DNA of 64,000 nucleotides from an uncultured Planctomycetota bacterium (GTDB lineage: Bacteria; Planctomycetota; Planctomycetia; Isosphaerales; Isosphaeraceae): positions 448,001 through 512,000 of the forward strand of contig CAWJTV010000036.1 of NCBI GenBank assembly GCA_963845755.1, given 5' to 3'. A program made the position numbers and the translations under genes. Below, piece by piece: positions 10,601 to 25,369 of the stretch (position 1 is its first letter; each line of letters starts with the position of its first letter). A model generated the notes under the pieces. That model ran no database searches and was not told where the DNA came from. It worked only from the letters and a program-made list of their open reading frames with translations.

Positions 10601-13600
10601 CTGCGCGTCAACTGGAAAGCGGTGGTCGTGTAGCTGGCCACACCCAGGCCGTTGAGTGTGCCCGTGCCCAGAGCCGTCGTGCCGTTGTAGAACGTCACCG
10701 TCCCCGTGGGGGTGACGGCCGTGCCGCTGAGCGGTGGGGTCGGCGCCACTGTGGCCGTGAAGGTTACCGACTCACCGTAGACGGACGGGGTAACGGACGT
10801 GGTGAGCGCCGTGGTGGTCGGGTCGGGGCCCTCGAAGGCCCCGATGTCTACTGTCCCATTGACGATCCGCGGATAACCGGCGCCGCGCTGGTCGGTGGTC
10901 AGCGGGTTGCCGTTCTGGTCCACCGCAAGGGCGACGCTGCCGGCATTAATGGCCGGGCTGCCGGGCAAGAGCGCGATGGTCTGGGTTGGCCCGCCGTTGT
11001 TGGCCGGACTGCCCAGGCCGGGATTAGTCACGCCGACCATGTTGCCATTGCCGCTGAAGCTGCCGGTGGTGTCCACCCCGATCAGGTTGGAGGCGCTGCT
11101 GCTGCCGAATGGCGTGCCGGCAGTGTCCAGGCCATTCCGGGCCACGACGGTGTTGTCCAGGATGGGCGACCCGCCGGCGTCGTAGATCCCTGGGCCGAAG
11201 CCGTGGTCCTGGTTGTAGGCGATGGTGCTGTTGATCACCGTCAGCCCGGGGGCCGAGTCATAGATCCCGCCACCGACGGCGCCGTCGTTCCCCGCCAGGG
11301 TGGAGTTGATCAGGTCGAGCGTCCCTCCGGACTGGTTGATCCCGGCGCCATAGCCGCCCGAGTTGCCCGAGAGCGTGCAGGCGCTGACCGTCAGCGAGGC
11401 GCCATTGTTGAGGATGCCGCCGCCGAAGTCTCCCGAATTCCCCGTGAGCGTGCTGGTGCTGAGGGTCAGGGTGGCAGAGTTGTACACGCCCGCGCCGTAT
11501 TCGGCCGAGTTACCACTGAAGGTGCTGCCGCTGATGGCGAGCGAGCCCTCGTAATTGTCCAGCCCGCCGCCATAGCCGCCAGCCGAGTTGCCGCTGAACG
11601 TGCAGTCGGTGATGCTCCCTTGCCCGCTGACGTCCAGGAAGCCCCCACCGCCGTAGCTCACCTGGTTGTTGCTGAAGCTGCTCCCCGTCACCGTGACCGT
11701 GCCGCTGTTGCTGATCCCGCCGCCGCTGATCTCGCCGCCGCTGCCGCTGGCCGTATCGCCGCTGAAGCTGCTGGCGGAGACCACCAGCGTGCCATCATTC
11801 TCGATGCCGCCGCCGGTGCTGCCGGAGCCGGTGGCCGCGTCGGCCGCGAAGGTGCAGCCGCTGAGCGTGGCCGTGCCCACGTTGAATAACCCGCCGCCGG
11901 AGCCAGTGGCCGTGTCTTGCGACACCGCGCAATTCGCCAGGCTCAGGTTGCCGCCATCGGCGATCCCACCGCCGGCGCCGCTGGAGGTGTTGCCGGAGAT
12001 CGCGCTGGCGCTAACGGTGAGGGTGGAGAACTCATCGGCGAGGATCCCCCCGCCCAACGAGGCGGTGCCTCCCGAGATCGTCAGCCCCGACAGCGTCGCC
12101 ACTTCGCCGCTGTCCACCTGGAAGTCGCCCACCGCGTTGTTGCCGCTGATCGTCACCAGGCCCGCACCGGGACCGTCGATCACCAGCGGCCCCGACGGCT
12201 CGCTGAGTTGCAGCGTGCTCGCCAGGGTGATCGTCTGGGGTGTGGCGAAGACCGTCGGGGCGAACTGGATGATGCTGCCGGCCGGGTTGATGTTGGCGTC
12301 GACCTGGCCCAGGATGTAGGCCAGGTCCCCCGAGTTTCCCGATCCGGTGCCATCGGCGCTGGTCAGATTGACCGTGTACACCGTGGGCGAGCCGATCGCG
12401 GTGGGGCCCTCGAAGGCTCCGATGTCCACCGTGCCGTTGATGGTTCGCGGGTAGCCGGCGCCGCGCTGGTCGGTGGTCAGCGGGTTGCCATTCTGGTCCA
12501 CCGCCAGGGCCGCGGAGCCAGCGTTGATGGCCGGGCTGCCGGCCAACAGCGCGATGGTCTGGGTCGGCCCGCCGTCATCGGCCAGGATGCCCAGGCCGGG
12601 ATTGGTGACGCCGACCAGGTTGCCGTTGACTCCATTCGTGAAGCTGCCGGTGGTGTCCACCCCGATCAGGTTGGAGGCGCTGGTGCTCGCAAAAGGCGTT
12701 CCGCCGGTGTCCACCTCAGGGTTGCCCAATCCTCGGCCGAAGGTATTCCAGGCCACGATGGTGTTGTCCAGAGTGGGCGACCCGCCGACGTTGTAGATCC
12801 CAGGGCCGGCGGCATAGGCACCGTTCCCGTTATTTTCGTTGTACGCAATCGTGCTGTTGATGACCGTGAGCCCGGGCGCGGAATCGTAGATGCCGCCGCC
12901 CAAGGCGGCCGAGTTCTCCGCGAGGGTGGAGTTGATCAGGTCGAGCGTACCCCCGGTCTGGTTGATCCCACCGCCATAGCCGCCTGAGTTGTCGGACAGC
13001 GTGCTGTCGATGACCGTCAGCGAGCTGCCATTGTTGAGGATGCCGCCGCCGAAGTCTCCCGAATTCCCCGAGAGCGTGCTGGTGCTCAGGGTCAGGGCGG
13101 ACCAGTTGGCCAAGCCCGCACCGTATTCGGCCGAGTTGCCGCTGAAGGTGCTGCCGCTGATGGCGAGCGAGCCCGCGTAATTGAACAGCCCGCCGCCATA
13201 GCCGCCGGGGCTGACCGAGTTGCCGGTGAAGGTGCAGTCGGTGATGCTCCCCTGCCCGTCGTCGTTCAGGAAGCCCCCGCCGCCGTAGCTCACCGGGTTG
13301 TTGTTGAAGCTGCTCCCCGTCACCGTGACCGTGCCGCTGTTGCTGATCCCGCCGCCGCTGATCTCGCCGCCGCTGCCGCTGGCCGTATCGCCGCTGAAGC
13401 TGCTGGCGGAGACCACCAGCGTGCCATCGTTCGCGATGCCGCCGCCGATGCTGCCGGAGCCGGTGGCGGCGTCGGCCGCGAGGGTGCAGCCGCTGAGCGT
13501 GGCCGTGCCCACGTTGAATAACCCGCCGCCGGAGCCAGTGACCGTATTGCCCGAGACGACGGTACTGCTGAGCGTCAAGGTGCCGTTGTTGTCAATGCCC

Positions 13601-14076
13601 CCACCATTGTCGGCGCTGCCGCCCGAGATCGTCAGACCTGACAAGCAGGCCGTGACCCCGCTATCGACCAGGAACACGCCCACGGCATTGTTGCCGCTGA
13701 TCGTCACCAGGCCGGAACCAGGTCCCTGGATCACCTCCGGCCCGGCGGATTCGGACAGCTCCAGCGTGCTCGACAGCGCGATGGTCGCCGGCGTGGCGAG
13801 ATCGAAATTGATGACGCTGCCGTCCGGATTCGTGTTGGCATTCGCCTGGCTGATGGCCCAGAGCAGGTCGCCCGACTGATCGCCCGTGTTGGTGTCGGTA
13901 CCCGAATTGGCTCCGATATCAGTCGTCAGATCGACCGTATAGTAGGTAGGATTGCCGGATAGCAGCGTTCGGCTTTCCAACCCCTCCGGCACCCAGACTC
14001 GCCGTCGGCGACGGGCACGGGCCTGATGTCGAGCTCGATCGGTCCAACGACGCAATGGGGAGAGACGAATTGACAT
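7696..14076 (-). CDS. Giant secreted/surface protein: LEPR-XLL N-terminus, two beta-helix (choice-of-anchor Q-like) blocks, two Ig-like domains, further beta-solenoid, S53 sedolisin protease; frameshifts near 10604 and 9110
   Basis: ORFs 10558..14076, 9060..10535 and 7696..9132 join by single-base indels; PEGLESRTLLS; GGGI.N repeats; SPAINAG...DQRG...VDIGAFE; SVTFTATV; EEALDVEW, STGD, GGTSLAAP. Confidence 0.85.
10830..13960 (-). repeat. Intragenic tandem duplication (~1.6 kb units) of the beta-helix module
   Basis: Near-identical nucleotide blocks, e.g. ~11665-11910 vs ~13295-13540 and ~10875-10930 vs ~12453-12505. Confidence 0.85.
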
Positions 14077-14323
14077 GTTTAGAAATCCTTGAGATCGAGA
14101 GTCGGCGATTTCTGGAATCGATCAGGGCGGTAACACGAGACTCGCAATCGCGGCGCGTGGATCCGCATTTCCGGCGCGCAGACCGACGCGCCTTGACCCA
14201 TCGGACTCCTTTGCTTAAGGAGGCGATACGTCGTCGAGGAGGCCGGCGACCTCACACCCTCGAACTATGGTGCCGGCTCGGGTTTTCACGGGCGGGGCTC
14301 GACGATGAGCCCGGCGTTCCCAT

Positions 14324-17961
<3,638 letters not shown>

Positions 17962-17981
17962 CGCCGCCTCTCGATCGGCTT

Positions 17982-18043
17982 GTAGGGTGGGTGCAACCCA
18001 CCGATCTCAGATTGCGTCGATCGGTGGGTTGCACCCACCCTAC
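17982..18043. repeat. GTAG-type REP doublet (REPIN-like), family A
   Basis: GTAGGGTGGGTGCAACCCACCGATC ... GATCGGTGGGTTGCACCCACCCTAC, perfect 25-bp inverted repeat with an internal hairpin in each arm. Confidence 0.85.
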
Positions 18044-18064
18044 GAATTCAATTCTCGGCCAGGG

Positions 18065-18679
18065 TCATAACCGCCTCTCGATCAGGGGACGAAGCTTCTT
18101 AAGCGCCTGCGCCCAAAGCAATCGGACGGCCCCCGGGCTGCGGACCATGGCGCGGGCGACCTCCTCCCAGTCCCGGCCTTCCAGGGTCCGGAGCACGACC
18201 ACTTCCCGGTAGTCGGGGGCCAGCTCGGCCAGGGCGTCGGCCAGGATGATGCTCAGCTCACGCCGCTGGGCCGACTGGCTGGGCGAATGCCCGTTGGGAG
18301 TCACCAGCTCGAGCATCGCGTGCGACGAGGCGGCGAACGCGTCGTCCAGCGACTGTTCCCGTCCGACCGCCCGGGCACCGGCCGCCTTGAACCGGCGGAC
18401 CAGATCGGCCAGGTTCCGCGTCAGGATGCGTCGGAGCCAGGCGACCAGCTCCGCTTCGGTCCGGCCCTGGAACTGGTCGAAGTGCTGGTGGGCCTTGATC
18501 AGAGTCTCCTGGACGACGTCCGAGGGATCCGCCTTGCCTCGCAGCGAGGCATCAATCCCCGTACGGGCCAGCAGCCGCAAGTAATTGCGATACGATTCCA
18601 GCAGCCGGTCGAGGGCGCCCGGCGACTGGTGCCGCGCCTCCTCGATCAGCCGACCAATGATCGCGTCCCCGTTGACCAT
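18065..18679 (-). CDS. ECF (sigma-70 group IV) sigma factor, planctomycete kinase-associated type
   Basis: LLESYRNYLRLLA, DPSDVVQET, WLRRIL, SPSQ, LAPDYREVVVLRTLEGRDWEEVA HTH. Confidence 0.92.
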   Translation of the reverse strand: MVNGDAIIGRLIEEARHQSPGALDRLLESYRNYLRLLARTGIDASLRGKADPSDVVQETLIKAHQHFDQFQGRTEAELVAWLRRILTRNLADLVRRFKAAGARAVGREQSLDDAFAASSHAMLELVTPNGHSPSQSAQRRELSIILADALAELAPDYREVVVLRTLEGRDWEEVARAMVRSPGAVRLLWAQALKKLRPLIERRL

Positions 18680-18939
18680 GGGCGGTCCCTCCTCGGACCA
18701 TCCCGGCTCGACCTCCGAAGTTGGTGCATCAGGATAATAGAGAGGACGCGATGATGATCCGAAATGCACGCGCAAAACCGATGGGAAAGACTTTTTTCGA
18801 GGAAGCGCCTCGAACGTGGCAGGAGAAGGCAAGTCCCGGAGAGCGAGTCGCTTTTTCTTGCGGTCCACGACTCGTCAGCGGACATCCTCGGCGGTGGGTC
18901 TCACGTCGCCGACAGTTTCGTTCGACCCACATGACACTC

Positions 18940-19599
18940 TCAGGCGGCAGGCCCGCCGCGCCGGCTGGCCCGGTCGAAGAGTTCTCGGAGCGGGATCAGC
19001 AAACCCGGAAGCATGTTGCCACCGTCGAGCGTCTGCGACTCGTCCAGGACGGTGAGTTGATCGGGGGACGTGTAGACCGTCACGGTCCGCTTCCGAGGGT
19101 CGATATACCAAACGAGTTGCGTGCCGGCCTCGAAGTATTCGTGAAGTTTCCGCTCCATCTCCCTGGGTGTGTTCGACTCGCTCAGGACCTCAACGGCCAG
19201 GTCCGGCGCGAGCAGCGGGATCGGCCTGGCCTTCTCCGGCAAGTGTTCCCACCTTACGAAGGAGACATCGGGGATGCGCACCAGCCCGGTCAGCAATCGC
19301 ATCATCCCGTCCGGTCCGGCGACTGTGCCGAGATCGTGCTCACGCGAGAACATAACCAATGCGGCAATCAACTCAACAGCCAGCCGCGATTCCTCATATC
19401 CCGTGGGTTTCTCCACCAGCGTGCCGTCGACAAGCTCGCACAGCCGTTTCTCCTTGGCATGGATGGCGATCACGTCGGCTTCCGTGGCCGTTCCTGGCCA
19501 CGGATGCATCCGGACGCGCTCGGGCGGGATATCGCCGAGCGCCTCCAACAGGTCGGCGACGGTCTCCACGGCGGGTGGGGCCAGAACGGCCAGGCTCAT
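18940..19599 (-). CDS. Uma2 family (DUF820) endonuclease
   Basis: ELVDGTLVEK, RIPDVSF, PDLAVEVLSESNT, YFEAGTQLVWYIDP. Confidence 0.93.
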   Translation of the reverse strand: MSLAVLAPPAVETVADLLEALGDIPPERVRMHPWPGTATEADVIAIHAKEKRLCELVDGTLVEKPTGYEESRLAVELIAALVMFSREHDLGTVAGPDGMMRLLTGLVRIPDVSFVRWEHLPEKARPIPLLAPDLAVEVLSESNTPREMERKLHEYFEAGTQLVWYIDPRKRTVTVYTSPDQLTVLDESQTLDGGNMLPGLLIPLRELFDRASRRGGPAA

Positions 19600-19632
19600 G
19601 GTGGTTCTCCCAAACGGTCAGGCGACGGGAAC

Positions 19633-19848
19633 TCACGCGCTGGCGGCGACCGGCGCCGGCTCGCTCGGGATCTCCCCGCGCCACTCGATGACGTAGCGGT
19701 TCTCGGCCGCGAACGCCTTGATCTCGGCCAGGGTCTGGGGGATCTCGATCCGCGAGGTCTCGCGGTACCATCCACTGCCGGACCGCTTCCAGCCGACTTC
19801 CTCACCGAACCACTGACCCTTGACGTAGTACACGATCAGGCACTTCAT
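19633..19848 (-). CDS. Small hypothetical protein (71 aa)
   Basis: MKCLIVYYVKGQWFGEEVGWKR...; GGAG upstream, strong GC3 bias. Confidence 0.7.
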   Translation of the reverse strand: MKCLIVYYVKGQWFGEEVGWKRSGSGWYRETSRIEIPQTLAEIKAFAAENRYVIEWRGEIPSEPAPVAASA

Positions 19849-19898
19849 CCCCTGGTCTCCGAAGGTTACCGAATCCCATCGTAAGCGGTGATCGGGAA

Positions 19899-20115
19899 AG
19901 CCCCGGAGGGGCGTCAGAGCGTAGCCAGGGGCGTGAGCCCCTGGACCATCGGCCGAGTTCCCCGCGACCGTTCTTCGAGCCCCGGAGGGGCGACACAAGA
20001 CCCCGGTGCCTCAGGGTTTCTGTCGCCCCTCCGGGGCTTTTCGGGACGGGGAAGACGCTCCTCGTCCAGGGGCTCACGCCCCTGGCTACACTCTGACGCC
20101 CCCATTGGGGGGCTC
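19899..20115. repeat. Composite nested inverted-repeat element with GTAG-REP arms (family B), MITE/REPIN-like
   Basis: GTAGCCAGGGGCGTGAGCCCCTGGAC ... GTCCAGGGGCTCACGCCCCTGGCTAC with inner AGCCCCGGAGGGGCGACA/TGTCGCCCCTCCGGGGCT pair and outer partially paired flanks. Confidence 0.85.
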
Positions 20116-20216
20116 AAGACGGCTTGCCGAACACCATTGTAAGTATGATACGGCATAGGCATTTGCTCGCCAAGCGAGCTTCCGTTCGTCCCGCAGTGGG
20201 GAAGGTGGCGCAGGCG

Positions 20217-21684
20217 TCAACCCTTGATCACGCCCACCGGCCGCAGCCGGGCGACCTTCTTGGAGATGCCGACCTTGTCGACGACATCCACCACATGATC
20301 GACGTCCTTGTAGGCGGCCGGCTGCTCCTCGGCCAGACCCTTGTGGCCCCGGGCGCGAGCGATGATGCCGATGGCGTTGAGCTCCCGATCAATCCGTCGG
20401 CCCGCCGCCAACTTGACTGCCGCGGTGCGGCTCATTAGCCGTCCGGCGCCGTGGCAGGTCGTGCCGAACGAGTGTTCCATACTGCCGAGCTGGCCGACCA
20501 GCACCCAGCTCGCCGTGCCCATGCTCCCGGGGATGATGACCGGCTGACCGATGGACATGTACGGCGGCGGAATCTCGGGGTGGCCCGGGGGGAATGCCCG
20601 CGTCGCCCCTTTGCGGTGCACGCAGACCTGCTTCGACACCCCGCGGCCGACGGTGTGCTCCTCGAACTTGGCGATGTTGTGCGCGACGTCGTAGACCAGT
20701 TCCATGCCCAGCTCGTCCCAGGACTTGCCGAAGACCCGGGCGAAGACCTCGCGCGCCTGGTGGGCCAGGAGCTGCCGGTTGCACCAGGCGAAATTGGCCG
20801 CCGCGCGCATCGCGCCCAGGTACGACTGACCTTCGGGGCTCCGCACCGGCGCAGGCGAGCTGCCAGTCCGGCAGATCGAAGCCGTATCGCTTCGGGGCGT
20901 TCTTGAACGTCGCCAGATGATCATCGCAGACCTGGTATCCCAGCCCGCGCGAGCCGGAGTGGATCAATACGGTGATCTGGCCCTCGCGCAGGCCCATCAC
21001 CTCGGCCGCCACAGGGTCGTGGATGCGATCCACGACCTGGACCTCGAGGAAATGGTTGCCCGAGCCGAGCGTCCCGCACTGATCGTAGCCGCGCGTGATG
21101 GCGCGATCGCTGACCCGCGACGGATCGGCCCCGTCGAGTCGTCCCCCGGCCTCGGTGAACTGGAGGTCGCGCTCGGTGCCATACCCTTCGTTCACCACGT
21201 AGGCGGATCCCTGCTCCATCAGCCGCGTCAACTTGGGCTTGTCGAAGAGGTACTTCCCGCTCTGGCCAACGCCCGTTGGGATGTCGCGGAAGAGCTGTTC
21301 CACCAGCGGCCTGATGCGGTCTTTCGCCTCGCTCCATTGAAGCTCGGTGCGCAGCAACCGGACGCCGCAGTTGATGTCGTAGCCGACGCCGCCGGGCGAG
21401 ATGACTCCGCCTTCTTCGGGGTCGGTCGCCGCCACGCCGCCGATGCAGAATCCATATCCCCAGTGGATATCCGGCATGGCCAGGCTGGCCATCTGGATGC
21501 CAGGCAGCGTGGCCACGTTGGCCACCTGTTCGGGGCCCTGGTCCTTCTTGATCTGCTCGATCAGGGTCTCGTCGGCGAAGATGATGCCGTCGACCCGCAT
21601 GTCCGGGCGGTAGCTCTTCGGGATTCGCCACTGATATGGGCCGATCGGCTCCAGCGGCCCGGTATATCCGCTCTTCTGGCTCAT
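20217..21684 (-). CDS. rtcB: RtcB family RNA 3'-phosphate/5'-OH ligase; frameshift near 20848
   Basis: [59 protein letters not shown], terminal KG. Confidence 0.95.
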
Positions 21685-21732
21685 CGTCTTCGGCTCCTGA
21701 CCTTGGTCCGGCACGCATCACGCCGGCAAGAG

Positions 21733-21793
21733 CGTAGGTCAGGCTTTCCAGCCTGACGTCTCCGGAGAGTCAGGCTGGAAAGCCTGACCTACG
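21733..21793. repeat. GTAG-type REP doublet, family C
   Basis: CGTAGGTCAGGCTTTCCAGCCTGAC ... GTCAGGCTGGAAAGCCTGACCTACG perfect inverted repeat; degenerate half copy near 57253-57275. Confidence 0.85.
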
Positions 21794-21974
21794 CGAGGCT
21801 CTGTGTTGCCGGGATCGTCGTCGTTGCGGTTTCCTCCCATCATAACCAGAGCGCGACACCAAAGCGCGGGTACGGGTTCACCGATCAAGGGCCGGTCCTT
21901 GCCGGGTCCTGGAGGAGCCTCTATCATGCAAGGATCGGGGAAACCATCCGAGTCTTTTCGGAAGGAGCAATATC

Positions 21975-22412
21975 ATGCCAGCCCGAGGAGCCAACGGAGT
22001 GGGACGATTCCACGTCGAGATCGAGGTTGCCAACTACGGAGACCTCATCCGGGCTCAAGACGGCACCCGGCCGCCGGACCAGGTTCGCCGTGAAAAGATC
22101 CAGGGCATGGTCGACACGGGGGCGACGCAGTTGGTGCTGCCCGAGGCCGTCGTGAAACGGCTGGGTCTCCCGTTGGGCAGCTCGGTCAATGTGCGGTATG
22201 CCGACGGCCGCAAGGCCCGTCGCCGAAGAGTCAATGGGGTCTCCGTCCAGCTCCTGGGACGCGATGGCGTGTTCACGGCCATCTGCGAGCCGAAACGCGA
22301 GACGGCCCTCGTGGGAGCGATCGTGCTCGAAGACCTCGACCTGCTGGTCAACTGCGTGGCCCAGCAAGTCGTCCCCCGCGATCCCAGCGGTGCGACTTAC
22401 GAGATTGAATGA
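21975..22412 (+). CDS. Clan AA (retropepsin-like) aspartic protease
   Basis: MVDTGAT catalytic motif, VRYADG, LVGAIVLEDLDLLV; AAGGAG RBS. Confidence 0.88.
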   Translation: MPARGANGVGRFHVEIEVANYGDLIRAQDGTRPPDQVRREKIQGMVDTGATQLVLPEAVVKRLGLPLGSSVNVRYADGRKARRRRVNGVSVQLLGRDGVFTAICEPKRETALVGAIVLEDLDLLVNCVAQQVVPRDPSGATYEIE

Positions 22413-22417
22413 TCGAT

Positions 22418-25205
22418 TCAACCGGTCGGCGCGACGTTTCTCAGCGCCTGGGCCAGGACCAATCCGGTCGGCGTCGCGGTCCGGGCGACGTCTTCCGGCG
22501 TCCCCGTCGCGACGACCCGGCCGCCATCCGCTCCCGAGCCGGGGCCGAGGTCGATGATCCAATCCGCGGAGAGCATGACCGCCGGGCTGTGCGTGATCGC
22601 GATCACCGAATGGCCGCGATCGACCAGGGCGTTCAGCGCCTCGAGTAGTTTCAGGACGTCGAGGGGATGAAGGCCGGCGGTCGGCTCGTCGAGGAGGAAC
22701 AGGGTGTGCGGGGCCGCAGCGGCGCGGCGGAGCGCGGCCAGCGATCGGCCCAGGAAGCTCGCCAGTTTCAGCCGCTGTGCCTCGCCTCCCGAGAGCGTCG
22801 AGGCCGGCTGGCCCAGCTTCAGGTAGTCGAGGCCGATGTCGAGCAACGGACGGAGCCTCGATTGGATCCTCGGCCGGTGTCGGAAGAATCCAAAAGCCTC
22901 CCGCGCCGTGAGGTCGAGGACCTCGGCAATGTTCCGGCCGCGGTAGGTAACCTCCAGCACTTCGGGTCGATAGCGCGTGCCCCGACATTCGGGGCATCGG
23001 ATCATCACATCGGGGAGGAATTGCATATCGATGGTCTGGAATCCGCCCCCCTGGCAGGCATTGCAGCGGCCCCCTTCGACGTTGAAACTAAACTTCCCCG
23101 CGTCGTAGTTCCGCAGCCTGGCTTCGTGGGTCGCGGCGAAGGTCTTGCGGATCTCGTCGAAGATCTTGAGGGACGTCACCGGGTTCGACCGGGCGGACCG
23201 TGACAGCGGCGATTGATCCAGGAAGACGGCTTCGGCGAGATGATCGATTCCCGTCAGGTCATCGAATCCCCCGGCGATCGCGGCCTCGCCGGCAAGCCGG
23301 TATCGGAGGGCCGGGTACAGCGTCTCCGCGACGAGAGTGCTCTTGCCCGCCCCGCTGACGCCCGTCACGGCGCCGAGGACTCCCAGCGGGAAAGTCACGT
23401 CGATCGACTTGAGGTTGTTGCCGCGGGCACCGGTCAGCGTGACCGCTCGTCCTGTGACCGGACGCCGGGACGCGGGGATGAGCGCACGCCGCCGACCGCT
23501 CAGGAAGTCGGCCGTCGCCGATCCCTCCGCATTGGCGAAGTCCGCGATCGGCCCGGAGAAGAGCAGACGGCCGCCGGCCTCGCCGGCGCCGGGGCCCAGG
23601 TCAACCACATGATCCGATGCGCGGATCACCGCGGCATCGTGCTCGACGACCACCAGGGTATTGCCGCGGTCGCGGAGGCGCCCGAGGGCCGACGTCAGCC
23701 GGCCGACTTCATGCGGGTGAAGGCCGATCGTGGGCTCGTCGAGCATGTAGAGCGTGTTGACCAGTCCCGAGCCCAGCGCCTTGGTCAGGACGACCCGCTG
23801 GAGCTCGCCCCCCGACAGGCTGCGTGCCGCGCGGTCGAGGGTCAGGTAATCCAGCCCGATCTCGGCGAGGTAGGCCAGGCGGTTCTCCACCTGGGCGAGG
23901 AGTGTGGCGGCTACCGGCTGGTGGCGGAGCGCATCGAGTCCGGACAGGAAGGTTCGGGCTTCGCGGATCGTCAGCGCCGAGAGCTCGGCGATATTTCGCC
24001 CCGCGATCCGGACGGCCAGCGCTTCGGGACGCAGCCGCGCCCCATGGCATGCCGGACAGCTCTGGTAGCGCCTCCACCGGCCGAGGAAGACCCGGACGTG
24101 CGGTTTGAACGCCTGACGCTCGAGCGCGCGAACGAAGCCCTTCAGGCCCGCGAACCCCGATTCCGGGACGCCTTCGACGAGCCGCCGGACCTTTTCGGCG
24201 CCAGTTCTCGAAACGGGACGTCGACCGGGATGTCGATCTGGGAAGCGGCATCGAGCAATTCCTGGAGATAGCCCCGATAGCCGGCCGAGGTCCAGGGCGC
24301 GATCGCGCCTTCGCGGATCGTCCGGGAATCGTCGGGGACGATGCGAGCCAGGTCGAGCTCGGTCGTCTGGCCCACTCCTTCACAGATGCGGCATGCTCCC
24401 AGGGGGCCGTTGAACCGGAACAGGTTTGGTTGCGGTTCGAGGTGGTCGGTCCCGCATCGGCTGCATCGCCAGCCCCGGACGTAGGTCCACGACGCGGGAT
24501 CGGCCAGGATCCGGCAACGGCCCAGCCCCTTGACGAAGGCCGATTCGATCGAATCGGTCCGGCGCCCGGGGGATCCTTGCCCCGAACCAGCCGATCCACG
24601 ATCACATCGACCGACGCGACGCCAGGGAGCGTCACGCCCGGCTCATCGAGCCGGATGACCTGCCCGGCCGAGGCGATGCGCGCGAACCCCTCGGCGCAGA
24701 GCGAATTCACGAGCGCCGGTCGATCGGTCTCCGGGCGAAGATCGAGCGGGAAGGCGATCTCGTAACGGGTCCCATCCGGGAGCGAGTCGATGGCCCGCGA
24801 GACGGTCCCGGGCGTGGCAGGACTCACCGGCTCGCCACATTGGCGGCAGGACACGGCCCCGGCGCGCGCGTAGAGGAGCCCGAGCGCGTCATGGACCTCA
24901 GTGATCGTGCCCACCGTGCTGCGGCCCGAGTGCCGGCCATGCGCCGGGACGACCGCGATGGCCGGAGGAATCCCCTCGATCCGGTCTGCATCGGGTTTGT
25001 CCAGCTTCTCGAGGAATTGTCGCGTGTACGCCGAAAAGGTCTCGACGTAGCGGCGCTGGCCCTCCGCGTAGATCGTGTCGAACGCCAGCGAGCTCTTGCC
25101 CGAGCCGCTGACGCCCGTCACGGCGATCCAGCGATTCAGGGGCAGATCGAGGTCAATCCCCTTGAGGTTGTGGGTGCGAACGCCTGTCAGTCTCATGGTG
25201 TTCAT
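22418..25205 (-). CDS. uvrA: Excinuclease ABC subunit A (UvrA family); frameshifts near 24570 and 24195
   Basis: [36 protein letters not shown], second Walker [42 protein letters not shown]. Confidence 0.92.
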
Positions 25206-25363
25206 AGTAGTCAGGGCGTAGTAGTCAGTAGTCAGTAGTCAGAAAAGGCAAAGTCTGACGACGATGGACTTCTCGGATGGAAGGTTGGAGGGTTCACTTG
25301 AGTCCTTCTACCGAGTGCTAACAACCAACTACTGATCACTGACTACTGACCACTGACTACTGA
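25206..25363. repeat. Inverted heptamer tandem-repeat element (AGTAGTC)n...(GACTACT)n
   Basis: gtagtcagtagtcagtagtcag (~25221-25242) pairs with ctgactactgaccactgactactg (~25339-25362). Confidence 0.8.
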
Positions 25364-25369
25364 AAAAAA

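Noticed and set aside
18940..19599. Uma2 nucleases or the EVE gene as part of a defence island
   Set aside because: Scattered singletons among housekeeping genes, with no methylase or other defence genes adjacent
21975..22412. Retropepsin-like protease as evidence of a retroelement
   Set aside because: No reverse transcriptase or integrase nearby; stand-alone clan AA proteases are common in bacteria
25206..25363. Possible CRISPR array or tRNA in repeat-rich intergenic regions
   Set aside because: Units are 7-bp tandem repeats without unique spacers; no cas genes; no cloverleaf/TTCRA signature seen
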